36,689 nucleotides of DNA from Vulcanimicrobiota bacterium (GCA_003133025.1 PKZK01000244.1:15603-52291); one strand, 5' to 3'. Counted from the first letter of the stretch, positions 16,501-25,116 are shown. The notes: generated by a model not told the origin, from the letters alone. Made by a program: numbers and translations.

Positions 16501-17052
16501 CACGATGCCCGCGATCGCGGCCTTCATCTCGAGCAGATCCTGACTGGTCTCGAGCAAGAGCAGATCGACGCCGCCCTCCACGAGCGCCGCCGACTGCTCG
16601 GCGTACAGTTCGGCCAATTCGTCGAACGTAATCTTGGAGAGGGCGGGATCCGACGAGGAGATCAGCATGCCCGTGGGCCCGAGCGAACCGGCCACGAAGC
16701 GCGGGCGCTCGGGCGTCGAGAATTTGTCGGCGGCTTCGCGCGCGATCTCGGCGGAGCGGCGGTTGAGTTCCACGGTCCGCTCGCCCAGGCCGTACTCGTC
16801 GAGCTTGAGCCGCGAGGCGGTGAACGAGTCGGTCTCGACGACGTCGGCGCCGGCCTCGAAATAGCGCTCGTGGATGCCCCGGATCAGCTCGGGCCGGAAG
16901 AGGACGATCGCCTCGTTGCAGCCCCGGTGGCGGCTGCCGCCGAAGGCGGCATCATCGAGTTCGAGGGCCATCAGTTCGGTGCCCATGGCGCCATCGAAGA
17001 CCAATACGCGCTCGGCGAGTGCGGCCAGATATCCAGAGTCCATTCTTCGCAT
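13555..17052 (-). CDS. metH: Cobalamin-dependent methionine synthase
   Basis: Four-module layout. Homocysteine-binding barrel (IGGCCGTTP), pterin-binding barrel, B12 cap plus Rossmann with D-x-H-x-x-G (GDVHDIGKN), and a C-terminal AdoMet reactivation domain. ATG at 17052 or 17043. Confidence 0.95.
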   Translation of the reverse strand: MRRMDSGYLAALAERVLVFDGAMGTELMALELDDAAFGGSRHRGCNEAIVLFRPELIRGIHERYFEAGADVVETDSFTASRLKLDEYGLGERTVELNRRSAEIAREAADKFSTPERPRFVAGSLGPTGMLISSSDPALSKITFDELAELYAEQSAALVEGGVDLLLLETSQDLLEMKAAIAGIVRAFARGVRRVPIQAQATLDVTGRMLLGTDIAAVCATLDALPIDVIGLNCSTGPAHMRDAVRYLVENSRCFVSVIPNAGLPLMGPKGETIYPERPDEMSRDLAAFVREYGVNAIGGCCGTTPAHVRAFAAAVAGLRGRAPRPKPLQFAASAMSATALVQDGSPLLIGERINSQGSRRIKRLLLADDYDEILLVAREQVENGAHILDVCTALTERSDEAGQMATLVKKLAQAVPAPLMIDSTEPEVIEAALKIYAGRPAVNSINLENGREKLDRVMPLVVEAGAAVVALTIDETGMAKTAARKLEVARRIHDIVVGEYGIPPGALIFDALTFTLATGEAEFRPSALETLEGIKKIKAELPGVLTSLGVSNVSFGLKPAARAALNSVMLHHSVQAGLDMALVNAKEVTPYGELDATERELCDDLVFDRRADALARLIEYFESRSAPGTVAVAAVAEDADAPVERRIHEAILRRRKDGIEAKIDEALLERDPVAVLNEILLPAMKDVGDRFGSGELILPFVLQSAEVMKKAVAHLEQFLEKKDGVSKGKVVLATVFGDVHDIGKNLVDTILTNNGYTVYDLGKQVPMSVILDKAVEVGADAIGLSALLVSTSKQMTVCVQEQDSRGLHFPVVVGGAAINRDFGRRISFLERGEGGERYFDPGVFYAKDAFEGLEIVDALTGDPARREAFARRVRDEAERARAHVAAPVAVAPAGRNARAGLARAAVPVAPFFGKRVVQDVALEELWACFDERSLFRLSWGGGNAKGAAWETLVREEFAPRLRALQARAEREPLLAPAVVYGYFRAAGDGDDVVLYEPSTPGREIARFRFTRQAGGKHLCLADYLRTPLAGGASDIVGLQVVTAGPGVSLEIDRLQRAGDYSGAYFLHGFSVQAAEALAEWTQRRIRRELGLAPERGKRYSWGYGACPDLSQHALVWRLLDVEASIGAALTDAYQIVPEQSTAAIVMHHPDASYFNAAAVRELGAA

Positions 17053-17084
17053 TATGCGCTAGAATGGACGAAGGTGAGCAGAGC

Positions 17085-18044
17085 ATGAGTCCACAAGCGG
17101 CAAAAAAGGTAAATCTGGACCAAGCGGCTCCGGGACCGTTCCTGCGCCTCGATGCCGAACTCGCCGCCGAGCGTCAGCGCCTGCGCACGGCTCCCGACGG
17201 CGCGCCCCGGCGGCGCGAGCTGCAGACGCTGGTCCTCGAAGAGGTGGCGGCCTCGTGCGCCCTGTCGCGGGCGCCGATCGAACTCGACGAGTTGCGCGTG
17301 CTCGTCGACCGCGGGCTCGCGACCGGTGGCCGCCCGCTGCGCACCTACCTCGTGGCCGCGGCCTACGCCGACGCGGCGCGTTGGGTCGCGCAAGCCAAAC
17401 TGCCGCGGCCGGGCCAGCCCCTGCTCCGGCTCGACGAGCTGGTGGATCTGCACGCGCGCGCGTTGCGCCTCGAGCCCGAGTCCGGCCCCGGTGCCTGGCG
17501 ACGCACGACGTTGCCGGCGTTTCGGGGCGGCGTCGTGCCGCCGGCGTTCTGGCTCGTGCCGCGCGAGATGGCGCGCTTCGTCGAACGCTTTGCCGCCGGC
17601 CCCGGCCAAGCGTCCCCGGCGCTCTGGGTGGCGCAGGCCCTCGAACGCTTCGACCGCATCCGCCCGTTCGCATCGGGCAACGGGCGCGTGGGCCGACTGG
17701 TGGCCAACCTCTTGCTGCGGCGGCTCGATCTGCCGCCGTTCGCGGTGCGTCCGCGGGACGCGCGCCGCTACCTCGCTTCGCTCGCGCGCGCGGACGACGG
17801 CGATCCCTGGCCGCTGGCGATCCTGGTGGGCCGGTCGGTGCTCGGCGGACTGCAGCGTCTGGCCGGAGCGTCGGAGCAAAGCCCCACCGAGGAACTCGTC
17901 AGCGTCACATCGCTCGCGCGCGGGCCCGAACGCGAAGCGCTCTACAAGGCGATCCAGCGCGGGCGGCTGCGCGTCGTGCGACGCGGCCGCGCGCTCTACA
18001 CGAGCGCCGCCTGGCTCGAGGCGTACCGCGCCTCGCGCGGCTGA
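17085..18044 (+). CDS. Fic-domain protein with C-terminal excisionase-type HTH; active-site His replaced by Arg
   Basis: Fic core ...ERFDRIRPFASGNGRVGRLVANLLL, compared with canonical H-P-F-x-[DE]-G-N-G-R-x-x-R. C-terminus VSVTSLARG...LYKAIQRGRLRVVRRGRALYTSAAWLEAY looks like an HTH. ATG 17085 is preceded by AAGGTG. ATG 17064 is an alternative start. Confidence 0.75.
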   Translation: MSPQAAKKVNLDQAAPGPFLRLDAELAAERQRLRTAPDGAPRRRELQTLVLEEVAASCALSRAPIELDELRVLVDRGLATGGRPLRTYLVAAAYADAARWVAQAKLPRPGQPLLRLDELVDLHARALRLEPESGPGAWRRTTLPAFRGGVVPPAFWLVPREMARFVERFAAGPGQASPALWVAQALERFDRIRPFASGNGRVGRLVANLLLRRLDLPPFAVRPRDARRYLASLARADDGDPWPLAILVGRSVLGGLQRLAGASEQSPTEELVSVTSLARGPEREALYKAIQRGRLRVVRRGRALYTSAAWLEAYRASRG

Positions 18045-19183
18045 TGCGCAACGCTCTCGCACTGGTCGTGGCGACGCTCGCACTCTTCGTCGAGATCTGG
18101 ACGATCGTGCCCGCGCCGAACGGGCTGCTCTTGGTACCCGCCGTCGTCGTGCCCGAGATCGCCCCGTGGGGCGTTATCGCCTCGGCGCTGGCGCTGGCGG
18201 TCGTGGCTGCCTGGGCGCGCGGACGCATTCGCGTGGCGAGCGTCGCGATGTGCGCCATCGCGCTCGGCTGCGCGCTGTTGCCGCTGGCGCAATTACCCGG
18301 CACGATAGCGGCCGCCGATCGCGCGATGCGCGCGACGCTCGGTCCCACCTACGTTCGCGGCGGCGGGTTCGACGTGGCGCGGTTCTTTCGCGGGCCGCAT
18401 CCGCCGCAGGATATCCGGATCGAGCGCGGCCTGCCCTTCGTCACGCGCGACGGCGCGCGGCTCGCGCTCGACCTGTACCACGCGCCGGGCGCGTGGCCGC
18501 ATCCGGCGGTCGTCGTGATCTTCGGCGGCGGCTGGCGTTTCGGCGCGCGCGGCGACACCGCCGGCGAAGACCGGCGCCTCGCCGCGCTCGGCTACGACGT
18601 GCTCGCGGTCGACTATAGGCTCGTGCCGCGTTACCGCTATCCCACCCAGGTGAACGACGTGGAGGATGCGCTCGCCGCGATCGCGCGCAACGCTCGCGCA
18701 TGGGGCATCGATCCCAAACGCGTCGCGCTGCTCGGGCGCTCGGCGGGCGGCGAACTCGCGCTGGTCGCGGGCTACCGGCACGAGCCGGTGACGATCGAGG
18801 CAGTCGTGGCATATTATCCGCCGGTCGATCTCGCCGAGGGTTATCGCGAACCACCAACCCCCGATCCCGCGAACATCCGCAAGCTCGTGAGCGATTACCT
18901 GGACGGGACGCCCGACGCCGTGCCCGCCGCCTATCGTTCGGCCTCGCCGCTCGCCTACGTGCGGCCCGGCTTGCCGCCGACGCTGCTCGTCGGCGGCGCG
19001 CGCGATCAACTCGTGCTGCTGCGCTTCCAGCGACAGATGCGCGACGCGCTGCTGGCCGCCCACGACACCGTCGTCTCGCTCGAGATACCCTGGAGCAATC
19101 ACGCTTTCGATTCTATTCCCGAAGGGCTCGGAGGCCAGCTCGCACGCGACTACGTCGCACAATTCCTTACCGCGACGCTCTGA
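18044..19183 (+). CDS. Membrane-anchored alpha/beta hydrolase (esterase/lipase-like)
   Basis: ATG 18044 overlaps the Fic stop (TGATG). About three N-terminal hydrophobic helices. FGGGW oxyanion-type motif, nucleophile elbow GRSAGG, and later D (GGARDQ) and H (WSNHAFD). The first 263 codons of the track ORF 17255.. are an alternative frame of the fic gene. Confidence 0.8.
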   Translation: MRNALALVVATLALFVEIWTIVPAPNGLLLVPAVVVPEIAPWGVIASALALAVVAAWARGRIRVASVAMCAIALGCALLPLAQLPGTIAAADRAMRATLGPTYVRGGGFDVARFFRGPHPPQDIRIERGLPFVTRDGARLALDLYHAPGAWPHPAVVVIFGGGWRFGARGDTAGEDRRLAALGYDVLAVDYRLVPRYRYPTQVNDVEDALAAIARNARAWGIDPKRVALLGRSAGGELALVAGYRHEPVTIEAVVAYYPPVDLAEGYREPPTPDPANIRKLVSDYLDGTPDAVPAAYRSASPLAYVRPGLPPTLLVGGARDQLVLLRFQRQMRDALLAAHDTVVSLEIPWSNHAFDSIPEGLGGQLARDYVAQFLTATL

Positions 19184-19259
19184 CCAACAGGGCCTTTCGC
19201 AAAACAGAGTAAAGCCGCTCTCGTCGCGCGCGTACGGCGTTCGACGAAGGAGGTTTACG

Positions 19260-20423
19260 ATGCAGTTCGGTCTTCGCCTCAAGGCGGCGGCGCTTTTCGC
19301 GTTTCTTTCGCTCGCCGTGTTGTTGCCGCCGCCCTTGCCCGCGCAGCAACAGCAGGGTATGGTGCGGCGCTACTATATCGCAGCCGACGAGATCGACTGG
19401 GACTACGTGCCCGGCATGGCGCTGCACATGAGCATGCCCGGCAGCTACGCCAAAGCGTACTCCACGGCTGGGCCTCATACGATCGGGAAAGTCTATCGCA
19501 AGGCCGTGTATCGCGAGTACACCGACGCTACCTTCGCTCATCTGAAGCCGCGTCCGCCGAGCGAAGCCTATCTCGGCATCGTCGGGCCGGTCCTCCACGC
19601 GGAAGTCGGCGATACGATCGAAGTGGTCTTCCGGAACAACGGGACGCATCCGTACAGCGTCCACCCGCACGGGGTATTTTACGATAAGGCTTCGGAGGGT
19701 TCGGCGTACGCCGACGGCGTGGCGCCCGGGCGCAAAGGCGGCGCCTCCGTGGCGCCCGGCAAGACGTTTACCTACACGTGGTCCGTGCCCGAACGCGCCG
19801 GGCCGGGGCCGGCCGACCCGAGTTCGATCGTGTGGGTCTACCATTCGCACGTAGAGGAACGACGCGACGTGAACTCGGGCCTGATCGGAGCGATCGTCGT
19901 AACGCGCCGAGGCCAAGCGCGCGCCGACGGCACGCCGCAGGACGTCGACCGCGAGGTCGTCGGAGTCTTCGTCACCTTCGATGAAAACTGGAGCTGGTTC
20001 CTCAACGACAACATCAAGCGCTTCATCAAGGGCAATAAGAAACTGAACAAGGTCGAAGCCGTCGGCGCCGACCCGGTTACCGGAGGCGCCGACATCCTGG
20101 GCCGAGGCTTCGCGCCGTCGAATCTTCGCTGGACCGTGAACGGCTATCAGTTTGCATCCGGTCCGGTTCCGCAGATGCACGAGGGGCAGCGCGTGCGCTG
20201 GTACGTCATCGCGTTGGGCGAAGGGCTCAACTTTCATACGCCGCATTGGCACGGCAACACGGTTCTGGTGGGCGGGCAGCGCACCGACGTGTTGAATCTA
20301 GCGCCGGCCCAGATGATCACCGCCGACATGGTTCCCGACGATCCGGGGACGTGGATGTTCCACTGCCACGTGAGCGAACACATGGAAGGCGGGATGTCGT
20401 CCCTGTACGAGGTACTTCCCTAA
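19260..20423 (+). CDS. Secreted two-domain multicopper oxidase, ceruloplasmin/hephaestin-like
   Basis: AAGGAGG lies 6 nt before ATG 19260, followed by a signal peptide. RRYYIAADEIDWDYVP and VYRKAVYREYTDATF resemble ceruloplasmin domain starts. Copper ligand motifs occur in the order HPHG, HSH, HWHG, HCHVSEHMEGGM. Confidence 0.8.
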   Translation: MQFGLRLKAAALFAFLSLAVLLPPPLPAQQQQGMVRRYYIAADEIDWDYVPGMALHMSMPGSYAKAYSTAGPHTIGKVYRKAVYREYTDATFAHLKPRPPSEAYLGIVGPVLHAEVGDTIEVVFRNNGTHPYSVHPHGVFYDKASEGSAYADGVAPGRKGGASVAPGKTFTYTWSVPERAGPGPADPSSIVWVYHSHVEERRDVNSGLIGAIVVTRRGQARADGTPQDVDREVVGVFVTFDENWSWFLNDNIKRFIKGNKKLNKVEAVGADPVTGGADILGRGFAPSNLRWTVNGYQFASGPVPQMHEGQRVRWYVIALGEGLNFHTPHWHGNTVLVGGQRTDVLNLAPAQMITADMVPDDPGTWMFHCHVSEHMEGGMSSLYEVLP

Positions 20424-20427
20424 CCTG

Positions 20428-21186
20428 ATGGCGGCGATCGTCGAGACTCGGGACCTGACCAAATCGTTCGGCGGCTACCGGGCGATCGACGGCGTCTCGC
20501 TCTCCATCGAGGCGGGCACGATCCACGCGATCATCGGGCCCAACGGGGCGGGCAAGACCACGTTCTTCAACCTGCTCTCGGGTTTCGTCGCGCCCACCTC
20601 GGGCACGATCCGCTTCAAGGGCCGCGAACTCAACGGCCTCGACGCGCCGAAGATCGCGCGCTTGGGCATGGTGCGCAGCTTTCAGATCAACAGCATCTTC
20701 ACGCACCTCAGCGTGATCGACAACGTCAAGGTGTCGCTGGAAGCGAAGACCGAGTTGCCCGCGCAATTCTGGTTGTCGGGCGCGGCGACGAAACGGCTCG
20801 AGCCACGCGCGCTCGAACTCTTGCGCGACGTGGGCTTGGAACGCGAGCGCGACCTGCTCGCGGTGCAACTCTCCTACGGGCGCAAACGCGCGCTGGAACT
20901 CGCGATCTCGCTGGCGCAAGAGCCGGAGATCCTGTTGCTCGACGAGCCGACGGCGGGCATGGGCACCGAGGACGTCGGCCGCATCTCGCAGTTGATCGGC
21001 CGCGTGGCGGCGGGGCGCACGGTCGTGCTCGTGGAGCACAACCTCAGCGTGGTGGCCGACCTCTCGCAACGAATCACGGTGCTGCAACGGGGCAAGGTGC
21101 TCGTCGAAGGCAGCTACGCCGAGGTCCGCGCCGACCAGCGCGTGATCGACGCCTATCTCGGCGGAGGTGCGGGCGCCCATGCTTGA
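20428..21186 (+). CDS. livG: Branched-chain amino acid-type ABC transporter ATP-binding protein (LivG-like)
   Basis: Walker A GPNGAGKTT, LSYGRKR signature, LLLDEP, and a LivG-type C-terminal extension. ATG lies 4 nt after the oxidase stop. Confidence 0.85.
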   Translation: MAAIVETRDLTKSFGGYRAIDGVSLSIEAGTIHAIIGPNGAGKTTFFNLLSGFVAPTSGTIRFKGRELNGLDAPKIARLGMVRSFQINSIFTHLSVIDNVKVSLEAKTELPAQFWLSGAATKRLEPRALELLRDVGLERERDLLAVQLSYGRKRALELAISLAQEPEILLLDEPTAGMGTEDVGRISQLIGRVAAGRTVVLVEHNLSVVADLSQRITVLQRGKVLVEGSYAEVRADQRVIDAYLGGGAGAHA

Positions 21187-21874
21187 GACCCGCGACCTCA
21201 ACGCCTATTACGACGAGAGCCACGTCTTACGCGGCGTCGACCTGCGCGTGGAACGCGGCGAGGTGGTGACGCTCGTGGGCCGCAACGGCGCCGGCAAGAC
21301 CACGACGCTCAAATCGATCATGGGCATCGTGCGCCGCCGTACGGGTTCGATCACCTTCGAAGACGAGCCCATCGGCGCGCTGACGTCCGATAAGATCGCG
21401 CGCCGCGGCATCGGCTTCGTACCCGAAGAGCGCGGCATTTACGCGTCGCTGACCGTCGCCGAGAATTTGGCGTTGCCGCCGGTCGTGTCGCGCGACGAGG
21501 CCTGGCCGCTCGAACGCATCTACGCGCTGTTCCCCATCCTCAAGGAACGCGGCAAGGCGATGGGCACGATGCTCTCGGGCGGCGAGCAACAGATGCTCGC
21601 GATCGCGCGCGTGCTGCGCAGCGGCGCGCGATTGATCTTGCTCGACGAACCGACGGAGGGCCTCGCACCCGTGATCGTCGACGCCATCGGCGACCTGATC
21701 GCGCAGATCAAAGCTTCCGGCGTGACCATTCTGCTCGTCGAGCAAAACCTGCGCTTCGCGACCCGCGTCGCCGACCGCCACTACCTGATGGTGCACGGCA
21801 AGATCGTCGAGTCGATGAGCAACGCGGAAGTGATAGAACGCGAAACGGACCTGCTGGCGCACCTCGGGGTTTAG
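21179..21874 (+). CDS. livF: Branched-chain amino acid-type ABC transporter ATP-binding protein (LivF-like)
   Basis: GRNGAGKTT, LSGGEQQM, ILLDEP. ATG 21179 follows GGAGG (21163-21167) and overlaps the livG stop by 8 nt. Confidence 0.85.
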   Translation: MLETRDLNAYYDESHVLRGVDLRVERGEVVTLVGRNGAGKTTTLKSIMGIVRRRTGSITFEDEPIGALTSDKIARRGIGFVPEERGIYASLTVAENLALPPVVSRDEAWPLERIYALFPILKERGKAMGTMLSGGEQQMLAIARVLRSGARLILLDEPTEGLAPVIVDAIGDLIAQIKASGVTILLVEQNLRFATRVADRHYLMVHGKIVESMSNAEVIERETDLLAHLGV

Positions 21875-21974
21875 CGCCCATCCGCAGCACACTTCGACCT
21901 CCCGCTTCTTCACGTCGACGAGCCAATATTCGCGGAGGGCATAGCGCGCGGAGCGAGGGCAAGAGCGCGACGGG

Positions 21975-22988
21975 CTAAACCGGGCTCGGCTCCGGGTCGG
22001 GGATGAGGCGGTCGGGATCGTCTTCGTCTTCCACCAAACGCGTCTTGGGCGTGAATGCGCGGTGCAAGACCTCGCCGACCACGCCACGCCGCGCGATGAG
22101 AATAACGATCGCGAAGATGAGCCCCATCACCACGTCGGTCTTGTCGCCGATCGGCGTCTTGGAGATGAAATATTCGAGCGATTGAAAGATCGCCGCGCCC
22201 ACGATCGGGCCGTAGATCGTGCCGATGCCGCCCAGGATCGTCATCATGATGATCGCGCCCGAGGTGTGCCAGTCGACGCCGTCGAGTCCCGAGAGGCGAT
22301 TCCCGATCGCGTAGAGCGAGCCCGCCAGCCCGGCGAGCGTGCCCGACATGACGAACGCGGCGAGTTTGAAACGGTCGGTGTCGTAGCCGATGCTCTTGGC
22401 GCGCGTCTCGTTTTCGCGCATCGCGGCCAGCACCTGACCGAAGGGCGAGGTCACGATGCGGACGGCGAGCGCCGCGCACAGCGCGGTGATGGCCAGCACC
22501 ACGTAGTAATAGACGCGATCGTTCTCGAGCGAGAGCCCGAAGAAGCTGCCGCGGGTGGTGATCTGCAGCCCGTTCTCGCCGCCGGTCAAGTCGACGAGTT
22601 GGAAGGCCAGGAAATAGAAGATCTGCGCGATCGCCAGCGTGATCATCGAGAAGTACACGCCGCTGCGCTTTACCGAAATGGCACCGACCAACAGCGCGAC
22701 GACGAACGAGTAGAGGATGCCCGCCAGAATCGCGAGCGGAAACGAGGTCACGCCGTGTGCGATCAGGATCGTGACGGCGTAGCCGCTGCCGCCCCAGAAC
22801 ATCGCGTGACCGAACGAGAGTAAACCCGTGAAGCCGAGCAAAAGGTCGAACGCCAGGGCGACGAGCGCAAAGCAGACCAGGTCGATCGCAAAGACCGGAT
22901 AGACGAAGGGGAAGAGCGGCAAGATCGCGCCGAGCGCGAGCAACGCCAGGCCGACGGTCAAGCCGCGCCGCCCCGCGATGAACCTCAC
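21975..22988 (-). CDS. livM: Branched-chain amino acid-type ABC transporter permease (LivM-like)
   Basis: GTG 22988 overlaps the livH stop (GTGA). Multi-TM protein with LLGFTGLLSFGHAMFWGGSGY. The N-terminal 138 codons of the track ORF are an out-of-frame overlap with livH. Confidence 0.85.
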   Translation of the reverse strand: MRFIAGRRGLTVGLALLALGAILPLFPFVYPVFAIDLVCFALVALAFDLLLGFTGLLSFGHAMFWGGSGYAVTILIAHGVTSFPLAILAGILYSFVVALLVGAISVKRSGVYFSMITLAIAQIFYFLAFQLVDLTGGENGLQITTRGSFFGLSLENDRVYYYVVLAITALCAALAVRIVTSPFGQVLAAMRENETRAKSIGYDTDRFKLAAFVMSGTLAGLAGSLYAIGNRLSGLDGVDWHTSGAIIMMTILGGIGTIYGPIVGAAIFQSLEYFISKTPIGDKTDVVMGLIFAIVILIARRGVVGEVLHRAFTPKTRLVEDEDDPDRLIPDPEPSPV

Positions 22989-23881
22989 GCGGTGCGCTCG
23001 ACCGTGCCGAACAGGCCCGTCGGTCTGACCAAGAGCACCAACACCATCAGGATGAAGATCAGCGTGTTGGAAATCTGCGGAAAGAACACGGCGCCCACCG
23101 TGGCCAGCACGCCCACCGCGAAGCCGGCCACGATCGAGCCCAGGATCGACCCGAGCCCGCCGATCACCACGATCGCGAACGTTTGGATGATGATCGAGTC
23201 GCCCATCGTCGGCGTCACGTTGGTGTTCGGCGCGTTGAGCACGCCGGCAAATGCGGCCAGGGCCACGCCGAAGGCAAAGACGCCCGAGATCAGTCGCCGC
23301 GTATTGATGCCGAAAGCCTGGGTCAGTTCGGGCTTTTCGGTGGCCGCGCGGATACGCGCGCCGAGCGCCGAGCGCTCGACGAAGAAGTAGACCGCCACGC
23401 AAACGACGATGCAGACGGCGATCACGAAGAGGCGGTACGTGGGATAGAGCGTGAAGCCCAAATTGGTCGCGCCCGAGAGGATCGAGGGCGTATCGTACGG
23501 CGAGCCCAGCGCGCCCGCCGCAAGACGCATCCCGTCCTCGATCATCAACACGAGTGCAAAGGTGAGCAACAGGTTGTAGAGCGGATCGAGTTCGTAGAGC
23601 CTGCGCAGCAGCAGCACCTCGATCGCCAAGCCGAACGCGCCCACCACCACCGGCGCCACGATCAGCGCCGCGAAGAACGGCAAGTGCACGTAGAGCGCGC
23701 CGTAGTAGGCCACGAACGCGCCCAGCATGTACATCGCGCCGTGCGCGAAGTTGACGATGCGCAGCATGCCGAAGATGATGCTCAGGCCGAGCGCAAGCAA
23801 GGCGAAGAATCCGCCGTTCACCAGACCGTTGAAGACCTGGGTCACGATGTAGTCGGGCGTCAACGCCGCTTGCGCGAGCAT
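22985..23881 (-). CDS. livH: Branched-chain amino acid-type ABC transporter permease (LivH-like)
   Basis: QVFNGLVNGGFFALLALGLSIIFG...NFAHGAMYMLGAF is typical of LivH. Confidence 0.85.
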   Translation of the reverse strand: MLAQAALTPDYIVTQVFNGLVNGGFFALLALGLSIIFGMLRIVNFAHGAMYMLGAFVAYYGALYVHLPFFAALIVAPVVVGAFGLAIEVLLLRRLYELDPLYNLLLTFALVLMIEDGMRLAAGALGSPYDTPSILSGATNLGFTLYPTYRLFVIAVCIVVCVAVYFFVERSALGARIRAATEKPELTQAFGINTRRLISGVFAFGVALAAFAGVLNAPNTNVTPTMGDSIIIQTFAIVVIGGLGSILGSIVAGFAVGVLATVGAVFFPQISNTLIFILMVLVLLVRPTGLFGTVERTA

Positions 23882-23895
23882 GACCGGGAAAGCGG

Positions 23896-25116
23896 CTACC
23901 AGTCTTTCTTGCAGAGCGACTGGCTCTCGGGCCGGAACGCGCGGCTCGGCGGAATGATCTGCACGATCTTATACCACGCGTGCGGCTCCTTGATCTGTTC
24001 CTTCGGGATCACGTCGACGACGTACATCTCGTGCGTCACGCGATGGTCGCGCGCTCGCCACTCGCCCGCGGTGGCGTAGAAGTCGTTGAACTGGCGGCCG
24101 TCGAGATAGGCCACGACCTTGTCGGCGTCGACCGAACCCGCGGCCTTGACCGCGTTGAGCCACTGGAACGTCGCCGAGTAATCGGCGGCCTGAATCGACG
24201 TCGGCCGCAAGCCGCCGCCCATCTTCTTGGTGAATCTATCGGCCCAGGCGCGCGCCGCTTTGTTCTGATTCCAGTACCACGACGTGGTGATGCGCGAACC
24301 GGCGAACACGTCGGGCAGCGCGTCGACGTCGGAGAGGAAGAGCAGGCCGATGGCGACCTTCATCGTCTTATCGAGGCCAAACTGTTTGACTTGCTTCATC
24401 GTGTTGACCGTGTCCGCGCCGGCGTTGAGGACGCCGAGCACCTGCGCTCCCGAGTTCTTGGCCGCGAGGAGGTACGACGAGAAGTCGGTGTTGCCCAGCG
24501 GGATCATATCCGCGTGGATGAACTTCGCGCCCTCGGGCTTGAGGGCCGTGGTGAAGTCGGCCAGCATCGCCTGGCCGAACGCGTAGTTGGGCACGATGCC
24601 GTACCACGTCTTGCCGTCGGCCTGACGCGCCACGTTGCGGCCGGTCGACGAGGCCAGCGCGTAGCTATCGTAAGCGTAGTGGTAGGTATACTTATCGCAG
24701 TTTGCGCCGGTGAGCGCCGAGGTCGCACCACCGGTCACGATGACCAGCTTGTGCTTCTCTTTAGCGACGCCCGAGACGGCAAGGGCGGTGGCCGAGTTGG
24801 TCAGGTCGACGGCCAGTTCCGCGCCGTTGTCGTACGCTTCGCGCGCTTTCGAGGCGGCTTCGGGACCGTTGTTACGGTGGTCGATGGCGACCACTTCGAT
24901 CGGCCGGCCGAGCACCTTGCCGCCGAAGTCGTCGACGGCCATCTGCGTCGCGACCACGGCGCCGCGGCCCGAGACGGCGGCGTACACCGCCGACATGTCG
25001 GTGATGACCGCGATCTTGATCGGTCCCGCGTCGGCGCCGCCGGACACCGGGAACGCGAGGGGAAGGATGAAAGCGGAGATAACGGCCAGCGCCGTCGTCG
25101 CACGGATCTTCTTCAC
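23896..25116 (-). CDS. ABC transporter substrate-binding protein (Leu/Ile/Val-binding, type 1 periplasmic binding fold)
   Basis: GTG start. Signal peptide MKKIRATTALAVISAFILPLAF. IKIAVITDMSAVYA, 406 aa, and 14 nt upstream of livH. Confidence 0.8.
   Translation of the reverse strand: MKKIRATTALAVISAFILPLAFPVSGGADAGPIKIAVITDMSAVYAAVSGRGAVVATQMAVDDFGGKVLGRPIEVVAIDHRNNGPEAASKAREAYDNGAELAVDLTNSATALAVSGVAKEKHKLVIVTGGATSALTGANCDKYTYHYAYDSYALASSTGRNVARQADGKTWYGIVPNYAFGQAMLADFTTALKPEGAKFIHADMIPLGNTDFSSYLLAAKNSGAQVLGVLNAGADTVNTMKQVKQFGLDKTMKVAIGLLFLSDVDALPDVFAGSRITTSWYWNQNKAARAWADRFTKKMGGGLRPTSIQAADYSATFQWLNAVKAAGSVDADKVVAYLDGRQFNDFYATAGEWRARDHRVTHEMYVVDVIPKEQIKEPHAWYKIVQIIPPSRAFRPESQSLCKKDW

Noticed and set aside
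17060-17065. TAGAAT -10-like hexamer in the metH/fic divergent gap
   Set aside because: There is no convincing -35 or extended -10 at proper spacing, and the position conflicts with the candidate start codons. The evidence is too thin to call a promoter.
17053-17084. Possible riboswitch or leader upstream of metH
   Set aside because: The divergent gap is only about 30 nt, which is too short for a cobalamin or SAM riboswitch.
14833-17088. 751-aa plus-strand ORF (and 13609-14817, 402 aa)
   Set aside because: It is antisense to metH, whose four-domain translation is unambiguous. The composition is low-complexity and Arg-rich.
17052-18618. Long alternative-frame ORFs over the fic region (17052-18083 minus, 17152-18618 plus, first 263 codons of 17255-19183 plus)
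   Set aside because: They are extremely Arg/Ala/Pro-rich. Only the 17085-18044 frame shows Fic and HTH motifs. The hydrolase homology begins at ATG 18044.
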